A stretch of 64,000 nt of DNA from an uncultured candidatus Porisulfidus sp. GTDB taxonomy: Bacteria > Pseudomonadota > Gammaproteobacteria > Poriferisulfidales > Poriferisulfidaceae. The DNA is taken from positions 1 to 64,000 of the forward strand of contig CBDASZ010000002.1 of NCBI GenBank assembly GCA_965199755.1, read 5' to 3'. Positions 1 to 9,889 of the stretch are shown here, one piece after another. The translations under genes and the position numbers were made by a program. The notes beneath the pieces were generated by a model. It did not search any database. It worked only from the letters and a program-made list of their open reading frames with translations, and was not told the DNA's origin. How positions within the stretch are numbered: the first letter of the stretch is position 1; each line of letters begins with the position of its first letter.

Positions 1-3000
1 AATCCTTGCGTTACCGGGCAGTATCACGGGATACGGAGATTGCCACGGTGAGTCCACTGGAACTGACCGCCTATGACAAGACTCCCGGAGCCAGCAATGT
101 GCTGACAATTACGCCCCTCAAGGTAGGAAGCGTCACCATCCGTGCAGGCGTGACAGATGGGACGACGTATGTGATTCAGGAGTTCACGGTAAGCGTACAT
201 AATTCATTGCCGGCGCCTGGGAATCTGCAGATTACAGAGAAGGACGCGAAGCTGGCCGTGAGTTGGGATTCGGTGACCGGCGCGAAGGATTACCAGCTGA
301 ATTATCGGCTTGTCGGACCGGACCAGGAGTTTCTGGAGAATCCGAAAGTTGTGTCTGGCACAAATTACGAGATAGCGGATTTGACCAACGGGATGCGCTA
401 CATCATTCGGGTATGGGCGAGGACAGCGCAAGACGCGAACGGCCTTCCCAGCATCGGGGAAGGCACCCCAAGGAACCCGCCCCCGACTATCGCAGCCATC
501 GAGGATCAGACAGCGGCAGTCGGGAGACCCTTGGAGGTAGCCATTGACGCAATGGATGCAGATGATGAATCCTTGCGTTACCGGGCAGTATCACGGGATA
601 CGGAGATTGCCACGGTGAGTCCACTGGAACTGACCGCCTATGACAAGACTCCCGGAGCCAGCAATGTGCTGACAATTACGCCCCTCAAGGTAGGAAGCGT
701 CACCATCCGTGCAGGCGTGACAGATGGGACGACGTATGTGATTCAGGAGTTCACGGTAAGCGTACATAATTCATTGCCGGCGCCTGGGAATCTGCAGATT
801 ACAGAGAAGGACGCGAAGCTGGCCGTGAGTTGGGATTCGGTGACCGGCGCGAAGGATTACCAGCTGAATTATCGGCTTGTCGGACCGGACCAGGAGTTTC
901 TGGAGAATCCGAAAGTTGTGTCTGGCACAAATTACGAGATAGCGGATTTGACCAACGGGATGCGCTACATCATTCGGGTATGGGCGAGGACAGCGCAAGA
1001 CGCGAACGGCCTTCCCAGCATCGGGGAAGGCACCCCAAGGAACCCGCCCCCGACTATCGCAGCCATCGAGGATCAGACAGCGGCAGTCGGGAGACCCTTG
1101 GAGGTAGCCATTGACGCAATGGATGCAGATGATGAATCCTTGCGTTACCGGGCAGTATCACGGGATACGGAGATTGCCACGGTGAGTCCACTGGAACTGA
1201 CCGCCTATGACAAGACTCCCGGAGCCAGCAATGTGCTGACAATTACGCCCCTCAAGGTAGGAAGCGTCACCATCCGTGCAGGCGTGACAGATGGGACGAC
1301 GTATGTGATTCAGGAGTTCACGGTAAGCGTACATAATTCATTGCCGGCGCCTGGGAATCTGCAGATTACAGAGAAGGACGCGAAGCTGGCCGTGAGTTGG
1401 GATTCGGTGACCGGCGCGAAGGATTACCAGCTGAATTATCGGCTTGTCGGACCGGACCAGGAGTTTCTGGAGAATCCGAAAGTTGTGTCTGGCACAAATT
1501 ACGAGATAGCGGATTTGACCAACGGGATGCGCTACATCATTCGGGTATGGGCGAGGACAGCGCAAGACGCGAACGGCCTTCCCAGCATCGGGGAAGGCAC
1601 CCCAAGGAACCCGCCCCCGACTATCGCAGCCATCGAGGATCAGACAGCGGCAGTCGGGAGACCCTTGGAGGTAGCCATTGACGCAATGGATGCAGATGAT
1701 GAATCCTTGCGTTACCGGGCAGTATCACGGGATACGGAGATTGCCACGGTGAGTCCACTGGAACTGACCGCCTATGACAAGACTCCCGGAGCCAGCAATG
1801 TGCTGACAATTACGCCCCTCAAGGTAGGAAGCGTCACCATCCGTGCAGGCGTGACAGATGGGACGACGTATGTGATTCAGGAGTTCACGGTAAGCGTACA
1901 TAATTCATTGCCGGCGCCTGGGAATCTGCAGATTACAGAGAAGGACGCGAAGCTGGCCGTGAGTTGGGATTCGGTGACCGGCGCGAAGGATTACCAGCTG
2001 AATTATCGGCTTGTCGGACCGGACCAGGAGTTTCTGGAGAATCCGAAAGTTGTGTCTGGCACAAATTACGAGATAGCGGATTTGACCAACGGGATGCGCT
2101 ACATCATTCGGGTATGGGCGAGGACAGCGCAAGACGCGAACGGCCTTCCCAGCATCGGGGAAGGCACCCCAAGGAACCCGCCCCCGACTATCGCAGCCAT
2201 CGAGGATCAGACAGCGGCAGTCGGGAGACCCTTGGAGGTAGCCATTGACGCAATGGATGCAGATGATGAATCCTTGCGTTACCGGGCAGTATCACGGGAT
2301 ACGGAGATTGCCACGGTGAGTCCACTGGAACTGACCGCCTATGACAAGACTCCCGGAGCCAGCAATGTGCTGACAATTACGCCCCTCAAGGTAGGAAGCG
2401 TCACCATCCGTGCAGGCGTGACAGATGGGACGACGTATGTGATTCAGGAGTTCACGGTAAGCGTACATAATTCATTGCCGGCGCCTGGGAATCTGCAGAT
2501 TACAGAGAAGGACGCGAAGCTGGCCGTGAGTTGGGATTCGGTGACCGGCGCGAAGGATTACCAGCTGAATTATCGGCTTGTCGGACCGGACCAGGAGTTT
2601 CTGGAGAATCCGAAAGTTGTGTCTGGCACAAATTACGAGATAGCGGATTTGACCAACGGGATGCGCTACATCATTCGGGTATGGGCGAGGACAGCGCAAG
2701 ACGCGAACGGCCTTCCCAGCATCGGGGAAGGCACCCCAAGGAACCCGCCCCCGACTATCGCAGCCATCGAGGATCAGACAGCGGCAGTCGGGAGACCCTT
2801 GGAGGTAGCCATTGACGCAATGGATGCAGATGATGAATCCTTGCGTTACCGGGCAGTATCACGGGATACGGAGATTGCCACGGTGAGTCCACTGGAACTG
2901 ACCGCCTATGACAAGACTCCCGGAGCCAGCAATGTGCTGACAATTACGCCCCTCAAGGTAGGAAGCGTCACCATCCGTGCAGGCGTGACAGATGGGACGA

Positions 3001-4556
3001 CGTATGTGATTCAGGAGTTCACGGTAAGCGTACATAATTCATTGCCGGCGCCTGGGAATCTGCAGATTACAGAGAAGGACGCGAAGCTGGCCGTGAGTTG
3101 GGATTCGGTGACCGGCGCGAAGGATTACCAGCTGAATTATCGGCTTGTCGGACCGGACCAGGAGTTTCTGGAGAATCCGAAAGTTGTGTCTGGCACAAAT
3201 TACGAGATAGCGGATTTGACCAACGGGATGCGCTACATCATTCGGGTATGGGCGAGGACAGCGCAAGACGCGAACGGCCTTCCCAGCATCGGGGAAGGCA
3301 CCCCAAGGAACCCGCCCCCGACTATCGCAGCCATCGAGGATCAGACAGCGGCAGTCGGGAGACCCTTGGAGGTAGCCATTGACGCAATGGATGCAGATGA
3401 TGAATCCTTGCGTTACCGGGCAGTATCACGGGATACGGAGATTGCCACGGTGAGTCCACTGGAACTGACCGCCTATGACAAGACTCCCGGAGCCAGCAAT
3501 GTGCTGACAATTACGCCCCTCAAGGTAGGAAGCGTCACCATCCGTGCAGGCGTGACAGATGGGACGACGTATGTGATTCAGGAGTTCACGGTAAGCGTAC
3601 ATAATTCATTGCCGGCGCCTGGGAATCTGCAGATTACAGAGAAGGACGCGAAGCTGGCCGTGAGTTGGGATTCGGTGACCGGCGCGAAGGATTACCAGCT
3701 GAATTATCGGCTTGTCGGACCGGACCAGGAGTTTCTGGAGAATCCGAAAGTTGTGTCTGGCACAAATTACGAGATAGCGGATTTGACCAACGGGATGCGC
3801 TACATCATTCGGGTATGGGCGAGGACAGCGCAAGACGCGAACGGCCTTCCCAGCATCGGGGAAGGCACCCCAAGGAACCCGCCCCCGACTATCGCAGCCA
3901 TCGAGGATCAGACAGCGGCAGTCGGGAGACCCTTGGAGGTAGCCATTGACGCAATGGATGCAGATGATGAATCCTTGCGTTACCGGGCAGTATCACGGGA
4001 TACGGAGATTGCCACGGTGAGTCCACTGGAACTGACCGCCTATGACAAGACTCCCGGAGCCAGCAATGTGCTGACAATTACGCCCCTCAAGGTAGGAAGC
4101 GTCACCATCCGTGCAGGCGTGACAGATGGGACGACGTATGTGATTCAGGAGTTCACGGTAAGCGTACATAATTCATTGCCGGCGCCTGGGAATCTGCAGA
4201 TTACAGAGAAGGACGCGAAGCTGGCCGTGAGTTGGGATTCGGTGACCGGCGCGAAGGATTACCAGCTGAATTATCGGCTTGTCGGACCGGACCAGGAGTT
4301 TCTGGAGAATCCGAAAGTTGTGTCTGGCACAAATTACGAGATAGCGGATTTGACCAACGGGATGCGCTACATCATTCGGGTATGGGCGATGACAGCGCAA
4401 GACGCGAACGGCCTTCCCAGCATCGGGGAAGGCACCCCAAGGAACCCGCCCCCGACTATCGCAGCCATCGAGGATCAGACAGCGGCAGTCGGGAGACCCT
4501 TGGAGGTAGCCATTGACGCAATGGATGCAGATGATGAATCCTTGCGTTACCGGGCA
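1..4556 (+). repeat. Tandem array of 8 near-identical 567-bp units plus 20 bp (189-aa FN3 + Ig/cadherin-like module)
   Basis: The unit start aatccttgcgttaccgggca recurs at 1, 568, 1135 ... 4537. The only difference noticed is T instead of G at 4390. Confidence 0.97.
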
Positions 4557-4637
4557 CATCATCTGCATCCATTGCGTCAATGGCTACCTCCAAGGGTCTC
4601 CCGACTGCCGCTGTCTGATCCTCGATGGCTGCGATAG
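6..4637 (+). CDS. 5'-truncated ORF made only of FN3/Ig-like 189-aa repeats; inverted copy of the adhesin repeat region
   Basis: Open frame from the window edge with FN3 motifs (LPAPGNLQ..VSWDSV..Y.L.YR..LTNG.RY.IRVWA). It ends in antisense repeat sequence after the fold point. Confidence 0.45.
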   Translation: MRYRAVSRDTEIATVSPLELTAYDKTPGASNVLTITPLKVGSVTIRAGVTDGTTYVIQEFTVSVHNSLPAPGNLQITEKDAKLAVSWDSVTGAKDYQLNYRLVGPDQEFLENPKVVSGTNYEIADLTNGMRYIIRVWARTAQDANGLPSIGEGTPRNPPPTIAAIEDQTAAVGRPLEVAIDAMDADDESLRYRAVSRDTEIATVSPLELTAYDKTPGASNVLTITPLKVGSVTIRAGVTDGTTYVIQEFTVSVHNSLPAPGNLQITEKDAKLAVSWDSVTGAKDYQLNYRLVGPDQEFLENPKVVSGTNYEIADLTNGMRYIIRVWARTAQDANGLPSIGEGTPRNPPPTIAAIEDQTAAVGRPLEVAIDAMDADDESLRYRAVSRDTEIATVSPLELTAYDKTPGASNVLTITPLKVGSVTIRAGVTDGTTYVIQEFTVSVHNSLPAPGNLQITEKDAKLAVSWDSVTGAKDYQLNYRLVGPDQEFLENPKVVSGTNYEIADLTNGMRYIIRVWARTAQDANGLPSIGEGTPRNPPPTIAAIEDQTAAVGRPLEVAIDAMDADDESLRYRAVSRDTEIATVSPLELTAYDKTPGASNVLTITPLKVGSVTIRAGVTDGTTYVIQEFTVSVHNSLPAPGNLQITEKDAKLAVSWDSVTGAKDYQLNYRLVGPDQEFLENPKVVSGTNYEIADLTNGMRYIIRVWARTAQDANGLPSIGEGTPRNPPPTIAAIEDQTAAVGRPLEVAIDAMDADDESLRYRAVSRDTEIATVSPLELTAYDKTPGASNVLTITPLKVGSVTIRAGVTDGTTYVIQEFTVSVHNSLPAPGNLQITEKDAKLAVSWDSVTGAKDYQLNYRLVGPDQEFLENPKVVSGTNYEIADLTNGMRYIIRVWARTAQDANGLPSIGEGTPRNPPPTIAAIEDQTAAVGRPLEVAIDAMDADDESLRYRAVSRDTEIATVSPLELTAYDKTPGASNVLTITPLKVGSVTIRAGVTDGTTYVIQEFTVSVHNSLPAPGNLQITEKDAKLAVSWDSVTGAKDYQLNYRLVGPDQEFLENPKVVSGTNYEIADLTNGMRYIIRVWARTAQDANGLPSIGEGTPRNPPPTIAAIEDQTAAVGRPLEVAIDAMDADDESLRYRAVSRDTEIATVSPLELTAYDKTPGASNVLTITPLKVGSVTIRAGVTDGTTYVIQEFTVSVHNSLPAPGNLQITEKDAKLAVSWDSVTGAKDYQLNYRLVGPDQEFLENPKVVSGTNYEIADLTNGMRYIIRVWARTAQDANGLPSIGEGTPRNPPPTIAAIEDQTAAVGRPLEVAIDAMDADDESLRYRAVSRDTEIATVSPLELTAYDKTPGASNVLTITPLKVGSVTIRAGVTDGTTYVIQEFTVSVHNSLPAPGNLQITEKDAKLAVSWDSVTGAKDYQLNYRLVGPDQEFLENPKVVSGTNYEIADLTNGMRYIIRVWAMTAQDANGLPSIGEGTPRNPPPTIAAIEDQTAAVGRPLEVAIDAMDADDESLRYRAHHLHPLRQWLPPRVSRLPLSDPRWLR

Positions 4638-5498
4638 TCGGGGGCGGGTTCCTTGGGGTGCCTTCCCCGATGCTGGGAAGGCCGTTCGCGTCTTGCGCTG
4701 TCCTCGCCCATACCCGAATGATGTAGCGCATCCCGTTGGTCAAATCCGCTATCTCGTAATTTGTGCCAGACACAACTTTCGGATTCTCCAGAAACTCCTG
4801 GTCCGGTCCGACAAGCCGATAATTCAGCTGGTAATCCTTCGCGCCGGTCACCGAATCCCAACTCACGGCCAGCTTCGCGTCCTTCTCTGTAATCTGCAGA
4901 TTCCCAGGCGCCGGCAATGAATTATGTACGCTTACCGTGAACTCCTGAATCACATACGTCGTCCCATCTGTCACGCCTGCACGGATGGTGACGCTTCCTA
5001 CCTTGAGGGGCGTAATTGTCAGCACATTGCTGGCTCCGGGAGTCTTGTCATAGGCGGTCAGTTCCAGTGGACTCACCGTGGCAATCTCCGTATCCCGTGA
5101 TACTGCCCGGTAACGCAAGGATTCATCATCTGCATCCATTGCGTCAATGGCTACCTCCAAGGGTCTCCCGACTGCCGCTGTCTGATCCTCGATGGCTGCG
5201 ATAGTCGGGGGCGGGTTCCTTGGGGTGCCTTCCCCGATGCTGGGAAGGCCGTTCGCGTCTTGCGCTGTCCTCGCCCATACCCGAATGATGTAGCGCATCC
5301 CGTTGGTCAAATCCGCTATCTCGTAATTTGTGCCAGACACAACTTTCGGATTCTCCAGAAACTCCTGGTCCGGTCCGACAAGCCGATAATTCAGCTGGTA
5401 ATCCTTCGCGCCGGTCACCGAATCCCAACTCACGGCCAGCTTCGCGTCCTTCTCTGTAATCTGCAGATTCCCAGGCGCCGGCAATGAATTATGTACGC
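3595..5498. repeat. Long inverted repeat: arms 3595-4536 and 4557-5498 (942 bp) around a 20-bp loop at 4537-4556
   Basis: ...gcagatgatg|aatccttgcgttaccgggca|catcatctgc... The arms are reverse complements, with one mismatch noticed (4390/4703). Confidence 0.95.
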
Positions 5499-8400
5499 GT
5501 TCCTTTGACTGTACACTTGGGAACGTGAGCTTGGCACTAGCACTCTGATCGCCCGCGGTCGCAGTCACCGTAACCGTCACCGAGTTTGCATTCGCTGTGC
5601 TTGGAGTCCCTGATATTGTCCCCGTGCTTATGTCCAGAGTCAGCCCCGCAGGTAGAGTCCCTAAAGTTACCGCATAACTCACCGTCCCCTCGAAACCTTT
5701 AGCTGTTGCCGTGATCACCGTGATCGCTTTGTCGACTGTCAGACTCATCGGAGGCGAAGAATAAGTCAGAGATAGCCCATCATCGTCGTTGATGGTGCCA
5801 GTTGCCGTCTTATCACTCCCCAAAACCGCACTAGAGGATGGATTTTTAAGAGTCACGGTAAAGGTCTCATCAGACTCGTCGATCGTATCTCCCAAGACTG
5901 GCACGTTGAAGGTGCCACTGGTGCTGCCCGCCGCAATCGTCAAGGTGTCACTGGTAGCCGTGTAGTCCGTGCCCGCGGTGGCCGCGTTGGTACCCGTACC
6001 TGACGAAGTCTCATAATTCACGGTTACCTGCCGACTGCTCTCCCGATTCATCGTCACCGTGAAGCGCATATTGGTCGTACCGCTATTGCCTTCCGACACT
6101 GAGGAATCTGCAATGTTCAAACTTGGCGCATCCTCATCGTCGATGATAGTGCCCGTTGCCGTCTTATCATTCCCCAAAACCGCACTAGAGGATGGATTTT
6201 TAAGAGTCACGGTAAAGGTCTCATCAGACTCGTCGATCGTATCTCCCAAGACCGGAACGTTGAAGGTGCCACTGGTGCTGCCTGCAGCAATCGTCAAGGT
6301 GCTGCTGGTAGTCGTGTAGTCCGTGCCCGCGATGGCCGCGTTGGTACCCGTACCTGACGAAGTCTCATAATTCACGGTTACCTGCCGACTGCTCTCCCGA
6401 TTCATCGTCACCGTGAAGCGCATATTGGTCATACCGCTATTGCCTTCCGACACTGAGGAATCTGCAATGCTCAAACTTGGCGCATCCTCATCGTCGATGA
6501 TAGTGCCCGTTGCCAGTGCGTCCCCTAGAGTCGCAATGCCGGTCGGATTGCTCAAGGTCACGGTGAAGGCCTCATTAGGTTCGTCGATCGTATCTCCCAA
6601 GACCGGCACGTTGAAGGTGCCACTGGTGCTGCCTGCCGCAATCGTCACGGTGCCACTAGTTGCCTCGTAATCCGTACCCTCAGTGGCAGTGCCGGCCGAG
6701 GTGGCGTAAGCTACGGTTACCTGCCGGTTGCTCTTCTTATCCATCGTCACCGTGAAGCGCATATTGGTCGTACCGCTGTTGCCTTCCGACACTGAGGAAT
6801 CTGCAATGCTCAAACTTGGCGCATCCTCATCGTCGATGATAGTGCCCGTTGCCAGTGCGTCCCCTAGGGTCGCACTGGGAGATGGATTGCGCAGGACCAC
6901 GCGGAAAGTCTCGTCCCCTTCGTTGACCGTATCCCCCCGCACCGGAACATCGAAGGTCGCGCTGGTGCTGCCTGCCGCAATCGTCAAAGTGCCGCGGGTA
7001 GTCCTGTAGTCCTCCCTTAATTTGGCTGTACCATCAGCGGTGCTGTAGTCTACGGTCACCTGTTGAATGCTCTCCCGATCCATCGTCACCGTGAAGGTCA
7101 TCGTAGTGGCGCCACCGCTGCTGCCTTCGATCACCGAGGTATCTGCGATACTCAACTTCGGCCTCGCATCGTCATTGATGATGCGGCCCGTTGCCGCCCC
7201 GTCCCTTAGATCCGCACCGATCGGATTGCTCAGGACCACATGGAAAGTCTCGTGCTCTTCGTACACCGTATCCCCTCGGATCGGCACGTCGAGGGTCGCG
7301 CTGGTGCTGCCTGCCGCAATCGTCAAAGAACCGCTGGTAGTCGTGTAGTCCGTATCTGCCGTAGCCGCGGACACATCCGTATCAGCCAGAGTGGCATAAT
7401 TCACGGTCACCGGCCGGCTGCTCACCGGAGCCATCGTCACCGTGAAGCGCATATTGGTCGTACCGCTGTTGCCTTCCGACACCGAAGAATCTGCGAGGAT
7501 CAGGGCCGGCTCCTTCTCATCGTTGATGATGGTGCCGGTCGCCGTCGCATCTCCCAGGGTCGCATCACCGGTCGGACTGCTGAGGGTCACGGTGAAGGTC
7601 TCATCGACTTCGTAGACAAGATCCTCTAGCACCTTTACAAAAAAGGTTGTACTGGTGCTACCCGCCGCAATCGTCAAGGTGCCGCTGGCGGTCGTGTAGT
7701 CCGTGCCCGCAGTTGCGGTACCAGGCGAAGTGTCGTAAGCCACGGTCACCGGCCGGCTGCTCACCGGATTCATCGCCACCGTGAAGGCCATGCGGACGAA
7801 GCCACTGCCACTGCCTTCTCCCACCGAGGCATCTGCGATACTCAAACTCGGCTTCGCCTCATCGTCGGTGATGGTGCCGGTCGCCGTCGCATCTCCCAGG
7901 GTCGCATCACCGGTCGGCTTGCTCAGGACCACGCCGAAGATCTCATTACCTTCGTAGATCGTATCCCCTACAATCGGCACATTGAAGGTTCCACTGGTGC
8001 TGTCCGCCGCAATCGTCAAGGTGCCGCTGGTAGCCGTGTAGTCCGTACCCACCCCAGCGTTGCCAGTCAACAAAGTGCGATAAGCCACGGTCACCGGCTT
8101 GCTGCTCGCCCAATTCATCGTTACCGTGAATTGCATGTTGGCCGTACCACTGTTGCCTTCTGTTAGCGAGGCATCGCCAATATTCAGAAGCCGCCTCTCC
8201 GTCATCGCACTTTTCGTCGCCGCGGCACCTCGGTTTGTGTAACTTGTGCTATCACCTGTGGCATGCACCGAAATCGTGTAGGCAGTACCGGCAGACAGAT
8301 TCGTGAACTCTGCCATCGTACCCGACACTGTGCCTGACACCGCCGACTCACCAGCAGTTGCCGCCGTCGCTACATAGCCCGTCGCACTCGGCACCGCCGT

Positions 8401-9846
8401 CCATTGCACCGTGAACCCAGTTAACGTCTCCGAGCTCACTTCCAGATCCGCTGGTGCCGGCAATACACCCAACACGACCACCGAAAAGTCCCTGCTAACC
8501 TCTGCCGTTCCATCCGTTACGCTTACTTTCACAGTGGTGCTTCCTGCAGCCACAGGCGTTATCCTCACATGATTGCGGGCACCGGGCGAACTATCGTAGC
8601 TCGCCCTCGTTTTTGGACTCACCGTCACAATTGCCTCATTGCTTGACATGGCCCGATAGCTCAAGCTATCACCATTTCCATCCGAAGCCGAAATGGTAAC
8701 CTCCAAGGATTTTCCGACCACTGTCTTCTGCTCCGAGATTTCTGCAAGAGTCGGAGGCTGGTTTTCCGGCGGGGGCGGAGCTCTCGGGGTCCCTTCTATA
8801 CGCCCGGAAACACCGTTAACGCCCGATTTGCGCGCCCACACCCGGATGATGTGGCGCTCCCCATTGGTCAAACCTGTGAACTCATACGTTCGGGTAAACG
8901 TCGTAAAGTGGCTCGAGAAGGTATCTTGTGAGGCAGTCCGATATGCCAGCTGATAACCCGCCGCACCACTCACCGCATCCCAGCGTACACTCAGTTCCCC
9001 ATCCTTTTCTGTTACCCTAATATTCTTTGGTGCGGGCAACTGCACACTCGGGAACGTGAGCGAGGTACCGGCACTTTGGGTGCCTGCAGTCGCGGTCACT
9101 ACCACCGTCACAGAGTTTGCATTTACTGTGGTCGGTGTCCCTGAGATCGCTCCCGTGCTTTCGTTTAGTACCAGTCCTGGAGGCAGATTCCCCACGCTCA
9201 CCGCATAACTCACCTCCCCCGTTAAACCATCGGCCGTTGCTGTCATCGCCGTGATCGTCTCTCCGATAATCAGCCTCTCAGGGACCGCAGAATAAGTTAG
9301 ACTTTGCGAAAAGTCATCATTCCCAATAATGACCTTGATGCTTCGTGTGATAAAACCGATACCGGCTATTTCGCGTAGCCCTACCACAAAGGTTTCATCA
9401 GTTTCGGGAGCCGTATCCCCGTTGATCTGCACAGTGAAGCGGGTGCTGCCATTTCCTGATGAATCCGTCCTAATTGTCAACTTGCCTGTAGCCCCCCTGT
9501 AGTCTGTACCTTCAGTGGCCACATTTGTGCCCGTGCCAGGTGAGGTCGCGTAGTTCACGGTCACCTGCTGATTGGCCCCTGCATCAGCAAGTTTCACTAA
9601 AAACCTCACGTTAGTCCTCCCACTGTCTCCTTCGGGTACAGACACGGACACACGTTTGGGTTCATCAACTGCCACAAGCCTTAGAGTCGCCTGCCCCACT
9701 GCGATCTCTGGCAACAACAGGATACAGAAGAATGCGGCAACTGCAGATGACACACCTGCTTTGCGGCGAACGCGAACGGGTGCCGATGGTGACGTGAATA
9801 TCGATCCGGCGCAGCGGTACGACGGCCCTGTTGCAATGCTGCTCAT
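4456..9846 (-). CDS. Giant secreted surface protein/adhesin: signal peptide, Calx-beta repeats, putative Ig (He_PIG-like), FN3 and Ig/cadherin-like domains; true C-terminus disrupted by the inversion
   Basis: Hydrophobic signal-like segment AVAAFFCILLLPEIAVG. Repeated Calx-beta motifs (SIADSSVSEGNSG..VTVNY.T..ATAGTDY..GD..DE.DETF.VTL..ATGTIIDDE). LPPGLVLNESTGAISGTPT Ig motif. FN3 repeats. Confidence 0.85.
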   Translation of the reverse strand: MSSIATGPSYRCAGSIFTSPSAPVRVRRKAGVSSAVAAFFCILLLPEIAVGQATLRLVAVDEPKRVSVSVPEGDSGRTNVRFLVKLADAGANQQVTVNYATSPGTGTNVATEGTDYRGATGKLTIRTDSSGNGSTRFTVQINGDTAPETDETFVVGLREIAGIGFITRSIKVIIGNDDFSQSLTYSAVPERLIIGETITAMTATADGLTGEVSYAVSVGNLPPGLVLNESTGAISGTPTTVNANSVTVVVTATAGTQSAGTSLTFPSVQLPAPKNIRVTEKDGELSVRWDAVSGAAGYQLAYRTASQDTFSSHFTTFTRTYEFTGLTNGERHIIRVWARKSGVNGVSGRIEGTPRAPPPPENQPPTLAEISEQKTVVGKSLEVTISASDGNGDSLSYRAMSSNEAIVTVSPKTRASYDSSPGARNHVRITPVAAGSTTVKVSVTDGTAEVSRDFSVVVLGVLPAPADLEVSSETLTGFTVQWTAVPSATGYVATAATAGESAVSGTVSGTMAEFTNLSAGTAYTISVHATGDSTSYTNRGAAATKSAMTERRLLNIGDASLTEGNSGTANMQFTVTMNWASSKPVTVAYRTLLTGNAGVGTDYTATSGTLTIAADSTSGTFNVPIVGDTIYEGNEIFGVVLSKPTGDATLGDATATGTITDDEAKPSLSIADASVGEGSGSGFVRMAFTVAMNPVSSRPVTVAYDTSPGTATAGTDYTTASGTLTIAAGSTSTTFFVKVLEDLVYEVDETFTVTLSSPTGDATLGDATATGTIINDEKEPALILADSSVSEGNSGTTNMRFTVTMAPVSSRPVTVNYATLADTDVSAATADTDYTTTSGSLTIAAGSTSATLDVPIRGDTVYEEHETFHVVLSNPIGADLRDGAATGRIINDDARPKLSIADTSVIEGSSGGATTMTFTVTMDRESIQQVTVDYSTADGTAKLREDYRTTRGTLTIAAGSTSATFDVPVRGDTVNEGDETFRVVLRNPSPSATLGDALATGTIIDDEDAPSLSIADSSVSEGNSGTTNMRFTVTMDKKSNRQVTVAYATSAGTATEGTDYEATSGTVTIAAGSTSGTFNVPVLGDTIDEPNEAFTVTLSNPTGIATLGDALATGTIIDDEDAPSLSIADSSVSEGNSGMTNMRFTVTMNRESSRQVTVNYETSSGTGTNAAIAGTDYTTTSSTLTIAAGSTSGTFNVPVLGDTIDESDETFTVTLKNPSSSAVLGNDKTATGTIIDDEDAPSLNIADSSVSEGNSGTTNMRFTVTMNRESSRQVTVNYETSSGTGTNAATAGTDYTATSDTLTIAAGSTSGTFNVPVLGDTIDESDETFTVTLKNPSSSAVLGSDKTATGTINDDDGLSLTYSSPPMSLTVDKAITVITATAKGFEGTVSYAVTLGTLPAGLTLDISTGTISGTPSTANANSVTVTVTATAGDQSASAKLTFPSVQSKERVHNSLPAPGNLQITEKDAKLAVSWDSVTGAKDYQLNYRLVGPDQEFLENPKVVSGTNYEIADLTNGMRYIIRVWARTAQDANGLPSIGEGTPRNPPPTIAAIEDQTAAVGRPLEVAIDAMDADDESLRYRAVSRDTEIATVSPLELTAYDKTPGASNVLTITPLKVGSVTIRAGVTDGTTYVIQEFTVSVHNSLPAPGNLQITEKDAKLAVSWDSVTGAKDYQLNYRLVGPDQEFLENPKVVSGTNYEIADLTNGMRYIIRVWARTAQDANGLPSIGEGTPRNPPPTIAAIEDQTAAVGRPLEVAIDAMDADDVPGNARIHHLHPLRQWLPPRVSRLPLSDPRWLR

Positions 9847-9878
9847 GGTATTCGCCGTTTAGTCAACGAACTTGAACA

Positions 9879-9889
9879 GGGGGGGGGGG
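9879..9889. repeat. G11 homopolymer (C11 on the adhesin coding strand), 33-43 bp upstream of the adhesin ATG
   Basis: cttgaaca-ggggggggggg-catc is seen directly. Confidence 0.8.

Noticed and set aside
204-5487. Recurrent 62-, 75- and 94-aa ORFs in the repeat array
   Set aside because: They are alternative-frame or antisense shadows of the 567-bp unit and recur only because the DNA repeats.
1-5498. Array as a CRISPR, DGR or shufflon
   Set aside because: There are no spacers, no adenine-specific variation, and no reverse transcriptase or recombinase in the window.
6985-6995. 11-bp match (caaagtgccgc) to the 30-bp insert in the endonuclease
   Set aside because: Too short to identify a source; the flanks do not match.
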